From the NCBI GenBank assembly GCA_002348535.1, contig DEBL01000396.1, positions 1 to 43,650 on the forward strand: DNA of 43,650 nucleotides. Reading direction: 5' to 3'. This stretch comes from Deltaproteobacteria bacterium UBA2957. GTDB lineage: Bacteria; Myxococcota_A; UBA796. The notes under the pieces were generated by a model. It was not told the origin of the DNA. It did not search any database and worked only from the letters and a program-made list of their open reading frames with translations. Positions 1 through 8,950 of the stretch are shown in pieces (position 1 is the first letter of the stretch; each line of letters begins with the position of its first letter). A program made the translations under genes and the position numbers.

Positions 1-1
1 C

Positions 2-856
2 CACACTCGCTCCCGAATGCGTCGAATGAACGCCCGGGGCGTCACCTGCATGGAGATCAAGAGCGGGTATGGTTTAAGCGTGGATGCGGAACATCGTATG
101 TTGTCCGCCATCCCGACCGATGGAACCACTGGAAGGGTTGTTCGCACCTTCCTCGGTGCCCACACCGTACCCGCTAACTTTCGCTCGCGACGCGACGCAT
201 ACGTGCGCCAAGTGATCGAAGAGCAGTTGCCTCGGTGCGCCCCGATCGCTGACTTTGTCGATGTGTACTGCGATCGTGGCGCGTTCACACTTGATGAGTC
301 CATCGAAATTTTGACCGCCGGAAAGCGTTTGGGGCTTCATGTTCGGGCCCATGCCGAGCAGGTATCGCACACAGGCATTGCCGAAGCTGCTGCAGACATT
401 GGCGCCATCGCGCTCGACCATCTCGAGCGGATCGATGATGCCGGGGTTGCCGCCATGGCGCGCGCCGGAACCGTAGCCGTCCTGCTCCCGGGCGCACAGG
501 TGTACCTGAAGGATTCCGCACCACCCGTCGAGGCCTTTCGTGAGGCGGGCGTCCCCATGGCGGTGGGAACAGACCTCAATCCTGGCTCATCCCCCGTCCA
601 CGATCTGTGGACCGCAGCCACGCTGGCATGCCTCGTCCAAGGCCTCACCATCGAAGAAGCCATCATTGGAATTACGCGAAATGCGGCACGGGCCATTGGC
701 CAACCCGATAGCGGTATCCTTACCAAAGGTGGCCGGGCCGACATTGCGCTGTTTGCCCCACCACCGGGCGAACCCGCAACCGCAGCCAGCCTCGTCCAAC
801 ACATGGGCCTATCGGACGCGGTGTGTGTCATCGCAAATGGAAACCGGATCGTCTGA
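2..856 (+). CDS. hutI: imidazolonepropionase (metal-dependent amidohydrolase), 5'-truncated by window edge
   Basis: The frame is open from base 2. The translation carries, in order, KSGYGL, FLGAHTVP, DVYCDRGAF, HVRAHAEQVSHTG, ALDHLE, VAVLLPGAQVYL, AVGTDLNPGSSP and GGRADIALF, which matches the HutI signature. The N-terminal HxH region lies outside the window. Confidence 0.8.
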   Translation, partial: HTRSRMRRMNARGVTCMEIKSGYGLSVDAEHRMLSAIPTDGTTGRVVRTFLGAHTVPANFRSRRDAYVRQVIEEQLPRCAPIADFVDVYCDRGAFTLDESIEILTAGKRLGLHVRAHAEQVSHTGIAEAAADIGAIALDHLERIDDAGVAAMARAGTVAVLLPGAQVYLKDSAPPVEAFREAGVPMAVGTDLNPGSSPVHDLWTAATLACLVQGLTIEEAIIGITRNAARAIGQPDSGILTKGGRADIALFAPPPGEPATAASLVQHMGLSDAVCVIANGNRIV

Positions 857-1797
857 TGGACAGCATTCGATGGGAGGGAAATGCCCTGCATCTGCTGGAC
901 CAACGGCTGCTTCCTTCCGATACCGTCTGGCGAACCATTGACACGTGGCAGGCGGCCGCCGACGCGATTGCCGATATGGTGGTCCGCGGCGCGCCGGCAA
1001 TTGCAATCACTGCCGCCTATGGCCTCGCACTCGCAGTGCGGACGGGTGCAGACCGAGCGGCCGCCGTCGAGGGGCTGCGATCTGCCCGACCCACCGCTGT
1101 AAACCTGCGCTGGGCACTCGATCGATTGGAATCGGTAGCCGACAAGCATGTCGAGTCCGAAGCAGTCAAAATCCACGCGGAGGACCGGCAGGTTTGTCAG
1201 TCACTTGGACGGTGGGGAGCGCCACTGATGGGAGGGGGGGTGATGACCATCTGCAACACCGGCTCCTTGGCGACCGGAGGGCACGGCACGGCCCTCGGGA
1301 TGATCCGGTCTGCAATCGGCGAAGGTCGCCGTGTCCATGTCTACGCCTTGGAGACTCGACCGTACCTGCAAGGCGCTCGCCTTACGGCCTACGAGTGCAT
1401 GCATGACCGCATCCCCGTGACCCTTGTCGCCGACGGCATGGCGGGCGCTTTGATGGCCGCTGGACGCATCGACTCGGTTGTCGTTGGGTGTGACCGCGTG
1501 GCTGCAAATGGCGACACGGCAAATAAGATCGGCACCTACGGCTTGGCGGTCTTGGCCCGTCACCACTCCATTCCATTCTATGTTGCCATGCCCATGTCCA
1601 CCCTCGACGCCTCGTGTCCCGATGGGACGGGCATCGCGATCGAACACCGTCCACCCGATGAACTGCGTTCAATTCGCGGCGTCAACATTGCTCCAGACGA
1701 TGCAAATGTGTGGAACCCAGCCTTCGATGTCACCCCTGCAGAATTGATCAGCGCTTGGATTACGGAGCGCGGTCACTGGACTCCGACTCGACTCTGA
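856..1797 (+). CDS. mtnA: S-methyl-5-thioribose-1-phosphate isomerase (eIF-2B alpha/beta/delta-like family)
   Basis: Motifs present: IRWEGNALHLLDQRLLP, VRGAPAIAITAAYG, ARPTAVNLRWAL, ICNTGSLATGGHGTALG, RVHVYALETRPYLQGARLTAYE, VGCDRVAANGDTANKIGTY, NPAFDVTPAELI. The ATG at 856 overlaps the hutI stop (TGATG). The ORF-track start at 823 is probably too early. Confidence 0.85.
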   Translation: MDSIRWEGNALHLLDQRLLPSDTVWRTIDTWQAAADAIADMVVRGAPAIAITAAYGLALAVRTGADRAAAVEGLRSARPTAVNLRWALDRLESVADKHVESEAVKIHAEDRQVCQSLGRWGAPLMGGGVMTICNTGSLATGGHGTALGMIRSAIGEGRRVHVYALETRPYLQGARLTAYECMHDRIPVTLVADGMAGALMAAGRIDSVVVGCDRVAANGDTANKIGTYGLAVLARHHSIPFYVAMPMSTLDASCPDGTGIAIEHRPPDELRSIRGVNIAPDDANVWNPAFDVTPAELISAWITERGHWTPTRL

Positions 1798-1842
1798 GTC
1801 CCGCAAGGGCTAACATTGAACACGCAGCAGCTTGGAGACGCT

Positions 1843-2106
1843 ATGCCCGGTCCATTCGAACTGATCATCATTTTAGCCATCGTCGTCATCCTTTTTGGCG
1901 TCGGAAAGCTGCCCAAGGTCCTTGGACAGATGGGCAAAGGCGTCAAGGCGTTCAAGGAAGGCGTTTCTGGCACAGACGGCGACGACGGCTTTCTCGACGC
2001 AACTCCCGACGACCCGCCCAGCACGATGAAAGCCATCGATGCGGACGTGGTGTCTGAGACCGAAGCCATCAAGGAAACCGCTTCCGACGAGGAAGAAAGC
2101 GCCTAA
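1843..2106 (+). CDS. tatA: twin-arginine translocase subunit TatA/E
   Basis: The ATG at 1843 is preceded by GGAG (1834-1837). FELIIILAIVVILFGVGKLPKVLGQMGKGVKAFKEG is the typical TatA TM helix plus amphipathic helix, followed by an acidic C-tail. The TTG at 1816 is a less likely start. Confidence 0.85.
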   Translation: MPGPFELIIILAIVVILFGVGKLPKVLGQMGKGVKAFKEGVSGTDGDDGFLDATPDDPPSTMKAIDADVVSETEAIKETASDEEESA

Positions 2107-2858
2107 CGATTGAGAAGGGCTAGAGCCTGTTCCCGAATCTCATCGGGAATGCTCCCCGCACCGGCCACTGTCGCTAAGTCCTGCTTCAACAATGTGGGCA
2201 ATAGGCGTCGGGCGACGGAGGGCGGAGTATGCGGATTGCAGCTCAGTGCTTTTCGCACGGAGTATCGACTGGCCCACTTTCGGTGAATGGCGACCTCGTG
2301 CAGTACCTCGGGACGTGTGGGGCGCATGGCCGCGATCTTGACGACATCCCTTTCGACAACAACAGGGTTGTTGAGAAGCAACCGGATGACTCGGTAGTCA
2401 CGATCATGAAGCAGCCGGTCAAGCTGAAACCGATCGCGACCGCGTGCGTGTGTGCACCGTTCACCCACTGACTTGGATACGTACTCGTTTTCCACCGATG
2501 CTTCCGCCGCAGTGGGGTTGGGGTTTCGCCCACCGAGCAACAACATCCGCGCAACGTTGGTCCGACCCGCCTTCCGCGCACGCGTGTACGCCACTGATCG
2601 TACGGGGTAGGGAATCGCCGAGAACAAGTCTGTTTGCAAGGCCAACTCTTGCATGACGCGACGTGCATCTGGCTGGCCAGATTGTGACCTGTCGTGAAGC
2701 AGGCCCAAGGCACTCACTGCGGTCGCCGCATCGAGTTCAGCCAGCATCTCCCGAAGAACAGCCATCCGCATGGCTCGCTCGCTTACACTTCGAATTCGCC
2801 GCTCCACGCGGCGAACCCAGTCGGACGCGTTCTGCGGTTGCGGTTCGGATGCCCTCAT
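2103..2858 (-). CDS. hypothetical helical-repeat (HEAT / leucine-rich-repeat-variant-like) protein
   Basis: A 251-aa ORF 23 nt downstream of the DUF1015 gene on the same strand. Repeat-like helical segments (LLLNNPVVVERDVVKIAAMRPTRPEVLHEV; ALSCNPHTPPSVARRLLPTLL). No specific family recognised. Confidence 0.5.
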   Translation of the reverse strand: MRASEPQPQNASDWVRRVERRIRSVSERAMRMAVLREMLAELDAATAVSALGLLHDRSQSGQPDARRVMQELALQTDLFSAIPYPVRSVAYTRARKAGRTNVARMLLLGGRNPNPTAAEASVENEYVSKSVGERCTHARGRDRFQLDRLLHDRDYRVIRLLLNNPVVVERDVVKIAAMRPTRPEVLHEVAIHRKWASRYSVRKALSCNPHTPPSVARRLLPTLLKQDLATVAGAGSIPDEIREQALALLNR

Positions 2859-2881
2859 GCCTTTATCGTATCAGGATGGCA

Positions 2882-4102
2882 TCATCCGATCCGATGAACC
2901 ACAACGCCGCCTCGAAGTTTTGGCTCAAACCACGTGCTCTTGGGAGGCATGAGTTGATCGGCATCGGCGACATCGAAGAGTTGATCCATTCCGGTCGGGA
3001 ACATGTGGAAGGCCACCATGGCATCCCCCCGGTCAACGCGCTTCGACAATGCTTTGTGACCGCGAATTCCCCCCACAAACGCGATGCGCTGGTCGGTCCT
3101 CGGGTTTTCAATTCCCAAGATCGGACTCAGGATGCGGTCTTGAAGCACGGCGACATCCAAGCACCCAACCGGATCATCCTTCGGAACCACGCCATTTCTC
3201 GGATTCACCTCGAACCACTGCCCCATCGTGTACATCGTGAACACGCCCCGCCGAGTCGGACGGGCAGTCGAAGCCGGAGTGACCACGAAGTCCGCCGATA
3301 AGGCTCGCATGAACGCGTCAGGAGTGTGTCCGTTCAGGTCCCGAACTACCCGGTTGTAGGCCATGACCTCCAGTTCACTGTCTGGAAACAGGCCTGCGAG
3401 GAACCACGCACTCTCCCCGGTTCCTTCGCGCGCCGCACAGACCCGGCTCGCCGCCGCAGATCGGTGATGGCCGTCCGCGATGTAGAGCGCACCTACGCCT
3501 TCAAATGCACAGCGGATGGAGTCCACGACATTGGGATCATCGACAACTGTAAGGGCATGAATCACGTCATCATCCGTAGTGACCGTCCACGCCGGCGAAG
3601 AAGCCGATGCCAGTTTAATGGCCGTCCGAACGTCCGCATATGTGTCCCGATAGGCCAAAAACACCAAGCCAGGCTGCGCATCCAGTGCGTCCATATTGTC
3701 GACCCGATCCTGCTCCTTGTCGGGACGCGTCAATTCGTGCCGCTTGATCGTTCCGGTGTTGTACTCTTCGACCGAACACACAGCCATCAAACCGGTCTGG
3801 GTTCGACCCTTCCATGTCTGGGAGTACAGATAAAAGCACGGTTGAGGATCCTCAACCATCCACCCGTTCTCGATAAACTGGTCAAGATTCTGGCGTGCCT
3901 TTTCGTGCGCCGCCGGACCGTGTGCATCGCTTCCTTCGGGCAGGTCGACCTCGGGACGGGTGACGTGTAGAAAACTGTTTTCGTTGGGTGCTGCGATCGC
4001 ACGCGCTTCTGATTCAGAGAGCACATCGTAGGGGGGAGCGATGATGCGTGCAGCCAACTCATCAAGGGGTCGCACACCGCTAAAGGGTCGAATATCTGCC
4101 AT
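2882..4102 (-). CDS. DUF1015 family protein
   Basis: The N-terminus MADIRPFSGVRP...IIAPPYDVLSESEAR...NSFLHVTRPE and the later YIADGHHR segment match my memory of the conserved DUF1015 (PF06245) pattern. It starts 27 nt downstream of the kinase gene. Confidence 0.7.
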   Translation of the reverse strand: MADIRPFSGVRPLDELAARIIAPPYDVLSESEARAIAAPNENSFLHVTRPEVDLPEGSDAHGPAAHEKARQNLDQFIENGWMVEDPQPCFYLYSQTWKGRTQTGLMAVCSVEEYNTGTIKRHELTRPDKEQDRVDNMDALDAQPGLVFLAYRDTYADVRTAIKLASASSPAWTVTTDDDVIHALTVVDDPNVVDSIRCAFEGVGALYIADGHHRSAAASRVCAAREGTGESAWFLAGLFPDSELEVMAYNRVVRDLNGHTPDAFMRALSADFVVTPASTARPTRRGVFTMYTMGQWFEVNPRNGVVPKDDPVGCLDVAVLQDRILSPILGIENPRTDQRIAFVGGIRGHKALSKRVDRGDAMVAFHMFPTGMDQLFDVADADQLMPPKSTWFEPKLRGGVVVHRIG

Positions 4103-4129
4103 CGAAGCACCTCCGCATTCTGGCGTAAC

Positions 4130-5671
4130 TCACAGGCCGATGCGAAGCCGCGCCTTGGCCGGCTTATTCAACTCAACGCCCGATAATCGTCCTCGAAGCG
4201 CACCGGCAAAGCATTTGATCGCCTTTCCGTCTGGCTTCTCCGCACGCGCCCAACGAATGGATCCATCCTCATTCATCACCGCCTCGAGCACGGCTGTAGT
4301 GCCCTGGGCTCCGGGGCACTGCTTTCGAATTTCACCTCGCGCTTGGCGCACCGCACGCTCCATGGCGGCGGTGGCCCCGGCAACATTCTCATGGGGCGTG
4401 GGCGCCACCAATGGCAGACCATCCAGCCGCCAAGGCGCCATCCACCACAGCAATGCAGCCGCGATGACCAGCAAACCAAGGAACATTGACATGCCAAGCA
4501 ACCAGCGGGCACGGTTCGGTTCACGGGGCGACCGCAAAGGCAGACTGGGTTGCGTCTGTACAGTCCATGCATCGCTCTGCGTGGTCAGCGCGGCGGCGGT
4601 TTTCACACCCTGCTCATTCGGCTGCATGGCGCCTTCGCTCTGGCCATAGGCAGACTCCCCGCCTGCCTTTAAAGCCCCCATCGCCGCTACATTCTCCAGC
4701 ATGGTGCCCATCGCATCGACTGAACAGCGATCCCTTGGGTCGAGACGCATCGCTCTGTCCAGAACCTCGTTCATTGCCGCACACTCTTCAGCAGAATCTG
4801 TGGGTCGCAGAATCGAGGGAGGTACAGCCTCGACCAAGGCGGCATAACTGTCCTCCGGGGCCATGGTGTGGGCATTGGGGATCACCGCGCGTGCCGTCAT
4901 CATGTACACCAATACCGACCCCAATGAGTACACATCTGAACTGGGCGTTGCGGCCTCGCCAACAAACTGCTCCGGGGCAGCATACTGGGGTGTCCCGACG
5001 AAGCTCCCGACCCGTGTGATGTTGGGGCCGAAACCACCCTCAACCTTGGCGATGCCGAAATCTGCCACACGCACCATCGGCGGATCACCCGTCGAGGTAG
5101 AACTCGCTATCAACAAATTTTCAGGCTTGAGATCACGATGCGTGATGCCCAGCGCATGCCCCTTCGCAAGGGCAGCACAAACCTGAACACCGACGCTCGC
5201 TGCATCGCGAACGCTCATCGTTCCCACACGCTTCATGTGGTCGAGAAGAGACCCGCCTTCCTCGTAGCGAGTCAGCAGGTATGGCGACTGACCTTTTCGA
5301 TGAACAAAACCGAGGTATTCAACAATGTGGGGGTGTTGCAGTTCCTGAAGAATCTGTGCCTCGGTTGCCAAACGCCGGAGATACGCGCCGTGGTCCCGTG
5401 AGGCGAACAGCAACTTCAGCGCGACGGCGGGGCCCGCTTCATTGCCTTCGTCATTCATCATGCGGACCAAGTAGGTCACGCCCGCTCCACCAAACGCCAG
5501 TTTGCGGATCACCCGGTAGGTGCGATCGACAATGTCGCCCGGCTGAAACACTCGCGCCCAGCCCTCCGTCGGTCGGGTACGAGCGCACGCCAGATTGGGA
5601 CACGCGGCGTCGGCCTTCTGAAAGGTCGTCAGGCACGAAGGACAGTACAAGGTTTGCGAATCGTCATTCAC
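4130..5671 (-). CDS. Ser/Thr protein kinase with N-terminal zinc-ribbon, one TM helix and a C-terminal extracytoplasmic domain
   Basis: Zinc-ribbon-like CPSC...CPNLAC at the N-terminus. Hanks kinase motifs: GGAGVTYLV, VALK, HRDLKPENLL, DFGIAK, GTPQYAAPE. TM helix WLLGMSMFLGLLVIAAALLWWMA, then about 110 aa with 2 Cys. Apparent GTG start at 5671. Confidence 0.85.
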   Translation of the reverse strand: MNDDSQTLYCPSCLTTFQKADAACPNLACARTRPTEGWARVFQPGDIVDRTYRVIRKLAFGGAGVTYLVRMMNDEGNEAGPAVALKLLFASRDHGAYLRRLATEAQILQELQHPHIVEYLGFVHRKGQSPYLLTRYEEGGSLLDHMKRVGTMSVRDAASVGVQVCAALAKGHALGITHRDLKPENLLIASSTSTGDPPMVRVADFGIAKVEGGFGPNITRVGSFVGTPQYAAPEQFVGEAATPSSDVYSLGSVLVYMMTARAVIPNAHTMAPEDSYAALVEAVPPSILRPTDSAEECAAMNEVLDRAMRLDPRDRCSVDAMGTMLENVAAMGALKAGGESAYGQSEGAMQPNEQGVKTAAALTTQSDAWTVQTQPSLPLRSPREPNRARWLLGMSMFLGLLVIAAALLWWMAPWRLDGLPLVAPTPHENVAGATAAMERAVRQARGEIRKQCPGAQGTTAVLEAVMNEDGSIRWARAEKPDGKAIKCFAGALRGRLSGVELNKPAKARLRIGL

Positions 5672-5742
5672 CGGACCGATGATACCGACTTGTCGTACAC
5701 TGCGGGGGAAAGATCCGAACCATCCCGATCAACGAGTGACGC

Positions 5743-6852
5743 ATGATCGACTCCATGACATTTGGCTTGGTCCGGGAGACCCTTCCCGAGGAGCGTCGTG
5801 TCGCACTGACTCCCATGGGCGCGGAGCGGTTGACGTCGCTTGGCCACGCGGTGCTCGTGGAATCAAAAGCAGGAGCATTGGCCGGATTCACCGATGATGA
5901 CTACCGCGCGGTTGGCGCCACCGTGAGTTTGGGCGCTCGAGAGGTCGCGGGCGTGTCCGATGTCTTGATCAAATGCCATGCGCCCAACCCGTCCGAGTGC
6001 AGCTTGATTCGCCCTCGAGGCACCATCATGGGCTTTCTCCACCTCGCGAACGACAAGGCACAAACCTTGCGGCAAACGCTTCGCGACAAGGAATGCACAT
6101 CCATCGCACTCGAATTGCTGGAGGACCACGATGGAACGCGGCCCGTCCTCGAGGCTGTATCGGCGATTGGCGGTCGGGTAGCCATACTCATGGCGGCGCA
6201 GCACATGTTGTCGGGTGAGGGGGGCCAAGGGAGGTTGCTCGGGGGTGCTCCCGGAGTGCCACCTCTCCGGGTTGCAATCGTGGGTGCGGGCGCTGCCGGC
6301 GAAGCGGCAGCGCGCGAGGCCCAGCGCCTAGGAGCGCAGGTGACGGTACTGGATGAAGACTCGAACGCCTTGCGCCGTGTTCACCGTCGAATTGACGGGA
6401 TCACCACAGCAATGGCGGGAGGCTCGCTCCTTGATGAGGCCGTTGCGCGTGCCGACTTGTTGCTGTGCGCCGTCGCCAGTCGAGGACGACCGGCACCGCA
6501 AATTGTAAGTCGAAGGCACGTCCGAACCATGCCCTCCGGTGCGCTAATTATTGACATGAGCATCGATGAAGGAGGGGCTTGCGAAACCACGCGAACACAC
6601 ACTGAAGACCGCACCTACATGGAAGAAGGAATCCGACATTTGTGCATACCCAACCTTCCGTCCGAGGTCGCACACACGGCGTCCGTGGCCTTCACCAATG
6701 CGATTCTGCCGTACCTCACTCGCATCGCGGAAGAAGGTGTCTCCGCCGCGCTGGCGTCTGAGCCCGCCCTGTATCGGAGCGCCGTGTATATCGATGGTCT
6801 GCTGCGAAATGCATCGGTGGCCGAGCTGACCGGCGAGCCGTTGGGGTCTTAG
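5743..6852 (+). CDS. ald: alanine dehydrogenase / PNT-N family NAD(H)-dependent dehydrogenase
   Basis: Motifs present: RETLPEERRVALTPMGAERL...GHAVLVESKAG..GFTDDDY, Rossmann VAIVGAGAAGEAAAREAQRLGAQVTVLD, IDMSIDEGGACETT, IPNLPSEVAHTAS. The start is 5743 or ATG 5755. Confidence 0.7.
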   Translation: MIDSMTFGLVRETLPEERRVALTPMGAERLTSLGHAVLVESKAGALAGFTDDDYRAVGATVSLGAREVAGVSDVLIKCHAPNPSECSLIRPRGTIMGFLHLANDKAQTLRQTLRDKECTSIALELLEDHDGTRPVLEAVSAIGGRVAILMAAQHMLSGEGGQGRLLGGAPGVPPLRVAIVGAGAAGEAAAREAQRLGAQVTVLDEDSNALRRVHRRIDGITTAMAGGSLLDEAVARADLLLCAVASRGRPAPQIVSRRHVRTMPSGALIIDMSIDEGGACETTRTHTEDRTYMEEGIRHLCIPNLPSEVAHTASVAFTNAILPYLTRIAEEGVSAALASEPALYRSAVYIDGLLRNASVAELTGEPLGS

Positions 6853-7379
6853 GCACCCTCGAGAAATCGCTCAAGGGGCAACACACAGAATCCCCACCGA
6901 GAGGCCTCACCCCAGCGCACGCGGTAGGCGTCCAAGCTCCGGCTTCGACTCAGCGTATCCTCGATGTACCCGCAGCCCGTGTACCCGCGTTTGTGGCCCC
7001 AAAGGCCCTTGTGCTGCTTCTCCTCGCAAACAGAGACGCCTTGGTCCAGCGTTCCCGGCGTGGCGCCCTCGATCGGGCGGCAAAGCCATTCACGCTTCAC
7101 ATCAAAGATGGTGATCTTGTATGACCGCTTTGCCGCCCACTTGCCGCCCTTCGTTCGGACCATGCCCAAACCCTTGAGCACCCGAACTTGGTCAGACCCG
7201 TTCTCACGGATCCACGCGCGCAGGTCTGCAACTCGGACCGTCTCAATCCATGAATTCATCCCCACGGACTTGGCCACTGGCGATACCCAGGCCACTTGGG
7301 CAGATTCGGGAATCGAGTTCACATCGGCACAACTCTGCCCATGAGCAAGCCCAATGGACGCCAACACAATCGCAATCAT
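6849..7379 (-). CDS. secreted Cys-containing hypothetical protein
   Basis: Signal-peptide-like N-terminus MIAIVLASIGLAHG/QSC and several Cys residues. Its ATG overlaps the nagZ stop (ATGA at 7376-7379). No family recognised. Confidence 0.55.
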   Translation of the reverse strand: MIAIVLASIGLAHGQSCADVNSIPESAQVAWVSPVAKSVGMNSWIETVRVADLRAWIRENGSDQVRVLKGLGMVRTKGGKWAAKRSYKITIFDVKREWLCRPIEGATPGTLDQGVSVCEEKQHKGLWGHKRGYTGCGYIEDTLSRSRSLDAYRVRWGEASRWGFCVLPLERFLEGA

Positions 7380-8482
7380 TCACGCCCCCGTACGTCGAGC
7401 AAACTGGCCCACTCTTTGTGCGCCCGACTGCCCACAACAGACAAATCAGGAGGAGCCGCTGCTTCCAATAAAAACCGTTCTCTCAGGCGAGCCAGTCGAC
7501 GCATTGAGTCCGACGCCAGCCGGTCATGGGTCGGATCCTGTTCAGCCAAATGGATGAGGGTCTCCCACGCTTCGACTTGCAGGTCGAGCTGTTTGCACAT
7601 CAAGAACAGGTCCACCGTTGCTCGGCATGCGAGGTCGAGTTGCTGCTCGAGAGGAAAGCGTCCTCGAACGGCTTTCATCTCCATGTCATCGGATACGATA
7701 ATGCCCCTGTGACCGAGACGCTCCCGAAGCCAGCCACGCAGAATGGGGCTGGACATCGTGGCCGGCACGGCCTCGTCGAGGGCTGGAAACATGACATGAG
7801 CCGTCATGACAATTTCCACCTCTTCCGCCACCGCCTTGGCAAAGGGCATTAGCTCGCATTCCGCGAGGTCGCCCGGGTCCTTGTCCACCACCGGCAGCTC
7901 AAGATGGGAATCCGTGCTGGTATCGCCGTGGCCAGGGAAGTGCTTGACTGCACCCATCACCCCCGCATCGTGCAGGCCTTCCAAAAACGCACTCACGTGT
8001 CGGCCTACGGCCCCAGGTTCCCGAGAGAATGAGCGGTCTCCAATTACGGGATTGGCAGGGTTCGAGTCCACGTCCGCACACGGTGCCCAGTCCAGATTGA
8101 ACCCCATGGCGCGCAGTTCCTGCGCGATGGCGCGAGCGGTCTGACGGGTTGCTTGCTCGTCATCGATGTTGCCCAAATACCGCATTGGTGGCCACGGCGT
8201 TGCGCGCACTCGCAGCACTCGACCCCCTTCTTGATCGACGGTCAGCAAGGCCGGGCTGTGTTCCGGCACCAACGCAGCGAGCTCCCGGTTGAGCTCCCGA
8301 ACCTGCGCGGGCTCTTCAATGTTTCGGGCAAACAGGATGAAACCCGCGGGGGATGCATCCCGAACAAACGCACGAAATTCTGGGGAAGGCGTTGTGCCCT
8401 CAAAGCCCAAAATAAGGCGTTGGGCAGCCCACCGTTTTCGGTCTGCGAGCGTCGTCTGCTCCCCAACGGCTGGACGACTCAT
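7376..8482 (-). CDS. nagZ: beta-N-acetylhexosaminidase (GH3), peptidoglycan recycling
   Basis: Motifs present: LILGFEGTT, VDQEGGRVLRV, APCADVDSNPANPVIGDRSFS, KHFPGHGDTSTDSHLELPVV. No signal peptide. The start overlaps the mce stop (ATGA at 8479-8482). Confidence 0.85.
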   Translation of the reverse strand: MSRPAVGEQTTLADRKRWAAQRLILGFEGTTPSPEFRAFVRDASPAGFILFARNIEEPAQVRELNRELAALVPEHSPALLTVDQEGGRVLRVRATPWPPMRYLGNIDDEQATRQTARAIAQELRAMGFNLDWAPCADVDSNPANPVIGDRSFSREPGAVGRHVSAFLEGLHDAGVMGAVKHFPGHGDTSTDSHLELPVVDKDPGDLAECELMPFAKAVAEEVEIVMTAHVMFPALDEAVPATMSSPILRGWLRERLGHRGIIVSDDMEMKAVRGRFPLEQQLDLACRATVDLFLMCKQLDLQVEAWETLIHLAEQDPTHDRLASDSMRRLARLRERFLLEAAAPPDLSVVGSRAHKEWASLLDVRGRE

Positions 8483-8886
8483 GGGGCTGGATGCTCCGCA
8501 AGCTCAATCAGCACGCCCCCGCATGACTTTGGATGAATGAAAACCACTCGGGTCCCGTGGGCTCCGGGTTGAGGCTCGTCGGAAAGAAAACGGTACCCCT
8601 TCCGTTTGAGACGGTCCATATCGGCATCAATGTCATCGGTCTCGAAGCAGAGGTGATGCAAACCGCCTCCACGTTTCTCAAGATACGCGGCAACCGGACC
8701 TCGCCCCTCCATGGGGTGGATCAGTTCGATTTGAGTCCCATCCACCGGCAAAAACACCGTCGTAGTGGACTGCGAGGGAACATCTTCCCGACCGGCGAGG
8801 TGCAGCCCAAGGTCGGTGGCAAATCGCTCAATGGCTGCCGTTAAGTCCGGCACCGCGATTGCGATGTGATCCAGTCTGGTAATCAT
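8479..8886 (-). CDS. mce: methylmalonyl-CoA epimerase (VOC/glyoxalase fold)
   Basis: Motifs present: LDHIAIAVPDL..A...F...LG, IELIHP, PVAAYLEKRGGGLHHLCFETDDID, RVVFIHPKSCGGVLIEL. I chose the ATG at 8886 (M26 of the track ORF); the longer ORF to 8961 would overlap the divergent gene. Confidence 0.75.
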   Translation of the reverse strand: MITRLDHIAIAVPDLTAAIERFATDLGLHLAGREDVPSQSTTTVFLPVDGTQIELIHPMEGRGPVAAYLEKRGGGLHHLCFETDDIDADMDRLKRKGYRFLSDEPQPGAHGTRVVFIHPKSCGGVLIELAEHPAP

Positions 8887-8950
8887 GAATCGTTCCCTAA
8901 CACCCTTCCTTTCTCCCGCATGCGACAATGGGCGCGACCCGGAGCCGAAC

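Noticed and set aside
337-1176. A 279-aa ORF antisense to hutI/mtnA
   Set aside because: The opposite strand carries clear HutI and MtnA motifs. The antisense product is Arg/Ser/Pro/Ala-rich with no motifs, which is typical of spurious long ORFs in GC-rich DNA.
8885-8950. The longer start (ATG 8885) for the LOR-like gene and the longer start (8961) for mce, which would make divergent genes overlap
   Set aside because: The internal ATGs (8951 with a GGAG SD, and 8886) give proteins that begin where family similarity begins, and they leave a normal 64-nt divergent promoter region.
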